In this document: in pieces, positions 62,090 through 64,000 of the stretch
Layout: the number at the start of each line of letters is the position of its first letter
Numbering within the stretch: position 1 is the stretch's first letter
NCBI GenBank assembly: GCA_965153285.1
Contig: OZ229117.1
From: Podarcis tiliguerta
Taxonomy: Eukaryota
Direction: 5' to 3' (one strand)
Length of the DNA: 64,000 bases
Made by a program: the position numbers and the translations under genes
Notes under the pieces: model-generated
Databases searched by the model: none
Seen by the model: the letters and a program-made list of their open reading frames with translations, nothing else
Told to the model about the DNA's origin: nothing

Positions 62090-63005
62090 TTAAGAACACA
62101 AGATCCTGCTGAATCAGACCATCTGGTTCTTACAGTGACAGAACAGATGCCTATGGGAAGCCCCAGAACAAGACCTGGGTGCAGTAGCACTCTGCCTACC
62201 TGTGATTACAAGAAACTGGTACTCAGACAGTGAAGGTAGAACACAGCCATCATGGTTAGTAGCCATCAGTAGCCTTGCCCTTCATGAATTTCTGTAACCC
62301 TTTCCTAAATCCATCCAAGCTGGTTGTCACCAGTGCCTCTTGCCGGAGTGGTATCCATAGTATGCACAGCATGAATAAGTACCTTTTGGTCTTTTCTGAA
62401 TCTTCCAACCTGAAGGAGCATCTCCACCCCCATTTGGACACTAAGGTCCAGCTCTGAGGACCTTCTGGCAGTTCCCTCACTGCGAGAAGTGAGGTTACAG
62501 GGAACCAGGCAGAGGGCCTTCTCAGTAGTGGCGCCCGTCCTGTGGAATGCCCTCCCATCAGATGTCAAGGAAATAAACAACTATCTGACTTTTAGAAGAC
62601 ACCTGAAGGCAGCCCTGTTTAGGGAAGTTTTTAATGTTTGATGTTTTATCATATTTTTAATATTCTGTTGGGAGCCACCCAGAATGGCTGAGGAAAACCA
62701 ACCAGATGGGTGGGGAATAAATAAATAAATAAATGTTATTGTTATTGTTGTTGTTGTTATTGTTGTTGTTATTGTTATTGTTATTGTTATTGTTATTGTT
62801 CAGCTTCATTGAACATCCTGAGTTCTATTATTTTGGGAGAAAAATGTCTCTCTACCGTCTCCATACCTTATACAATTTTATACACCTCTGTTATGTCACT
62901 TCTTGTTTGCCTTTTCTGCAAACTAAAAAGGCCACATTGTGCAACCTTTTCTCATAGAGGAGTTAATCCAATCCTTGGATCTCTTGGGTTGCCCTTTTTT
63001 GAGCC
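62090..63005 (-). mobile_element. CR1 LINE 3' fragment split by an L2 insertion
   Basis: CTGAATCTTCCAAC (to 62409) resumes as TTCAGCTTCATTG (from ~62799). Compare the uninterrupted copy at ~49250-49280. Confidence 0.75.
62410..62798 (+). mobile_element. L2 LINE 3' end with (TAAA)n/(TTG,TTA)n tail
   Basis: Encodes TLRSSSEDLLAVPSLREVRLQGTRQRAFSVVAPVLWNALPSDVKEINNYLTFRRHLKAALFREVFNV*, the L2 ORF2 C-terminal RAFS...WNxLP...FxxxLK motif. Confidence 0.9.
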
Positions 63006-63149
63006 TGAAGCTTGAGCTTCCTGTCTTCTCTACTTGCACAACTCTACCAACTGCAAGATGCAAAAGATATATCTTGTGCCTCTGGTAGTATGAGTGTAGG
63101 AGATGTGTATTCACTCCAGGCATTATATCTGTCATAATGGGTTGAGCAT

Positions 63150-63280
63150 GTGTTGTGGCACAGCAAAGGCTTTGCATGCAGAACATCCCAGCTAATCCCT
63201 GGGATCTTCAAGTAGGACTGAGGAAGGTTTGCTAGGAACCCTGGAGAGCAGCAGACGTTACTGAACTAGATGGACCTCTT
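63150..63280 (+). mobile_element. Squam2-like SINE, degenerate
   Basis: CTTTGCATGCAGAACATCCC...AACCCTGGAGAGC...TACTGAACTAGATGGACC. Confidence 0.55.
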
Positions 63281-64000
63281 CAGGTTCCCTCTGCATTCAG
63301 TGGTGTCCAAAGCTGCTCATACTGCCATGGAAAGACCACCAAAGCCAAACAGGGCAAGAAGGATGAGAAAGTTTAGACAGGAACAGGGCAGCTGCTGCTT
63401 CCAGCTGGGAGTTATGGAGCCAAACAGAGAAATGGTTGTGTTACTGTTGCTTTCTGATGCTTGTCACAGCTTGCCATCATCACTGCAATACAGCGAGCAA
63501 AGTAGACAGAGCTTTAAATGGAAAGCTTTTCTCCCACCCAGAAAAGTCTCCTGCATATATGTCTATTGCTTTCTCTGCTTTTCATTGCCCGCTAAAAACA
63601 TTTTTGTTTAGACATACATACCCAGATATGTAGAATCATGATATGTGATTTAAACTGTTTTTAGTCTATTAATGATTGTCGTTTTCTTTGCATGCTTTTA
63701 AATAGCTATCTTTAACTGTTTTTTACTGATAATTTTATTGTTTTATTCTCTTTGTAAACCACTTCGAGTTTTCTTTTCTTTTCAATCAAGCAGTATAGAA
63801 AAATTTCAAAATCAAGAAAAAATATTTCTTTTTTAAGAAACAGAAGGATATGCAGTTATAGGGTGGTGTCCCACCCGCTTGTTCCATTAGTGCACGGATT
63901 GATGCTAGCGCAAGGGAACCTTCTCCTATGCATGCCCTGCACCCTCCCCAGATCTGCTCTGGAGGGTTTGGGAAAACTCACAACAGATTTTGGGAAAGGG

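Noticed and set aside
1-64000. CRISPR arrays, operons or other prokaryote-type systems, endogenous viral genes, intact transposase or RT genes
   Set aside because: The sequence is vertebrate repeat-rich DNA. I saw no regularly spaced repeat-spacer array, no ORF over 200 aa and no viral or transposase motifs.

Overview
This is eukaryotic vertebrate DNA, almost certainly squamate and most likely a lacertid lizard. The inference rests on Sauria/Squam1-type SINEs, a Bov-B 3' end, and Squam2- and Squam3-like SINEs. I found no supportable host protein-coding exon, so the window reads as a gene desert or the inside of a very large intron. It is densely filled with retroelements (6 Sauria SINEs in two subfamilies, 2 other tRNA-derived SINE families, CR1, L2, Bov-B and a degenerate second RTE lineage) and with non-autonomous hAT and Tc1/mariner-type DNA elements, many with readable TIRs and TSDs and several nested. 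The ORFs in the supplied track that I could explain come from repeats, microsatellites or chance; only the Bov-B and CR1 ones are recognisably protein-derived. I cannot demonstrate a novel multi-gene system. The best leads are: (1) a ~690-bp local inversion that splits a Sauria SINE; (2) compensatory base changes in two 3' hairpins between the Sauria subfamilies, one hairpin shared with the Bov-B copy in this window; (3) a stop-disrupted RTE fragment distinct from Bov-B; (4) twin GC-rich hAT MITEs; (5) several unique, motif-dense segments that may be conserved enhancers or non-coding exons. Family names come from recall of known squamate repeats and were not checked against a database.
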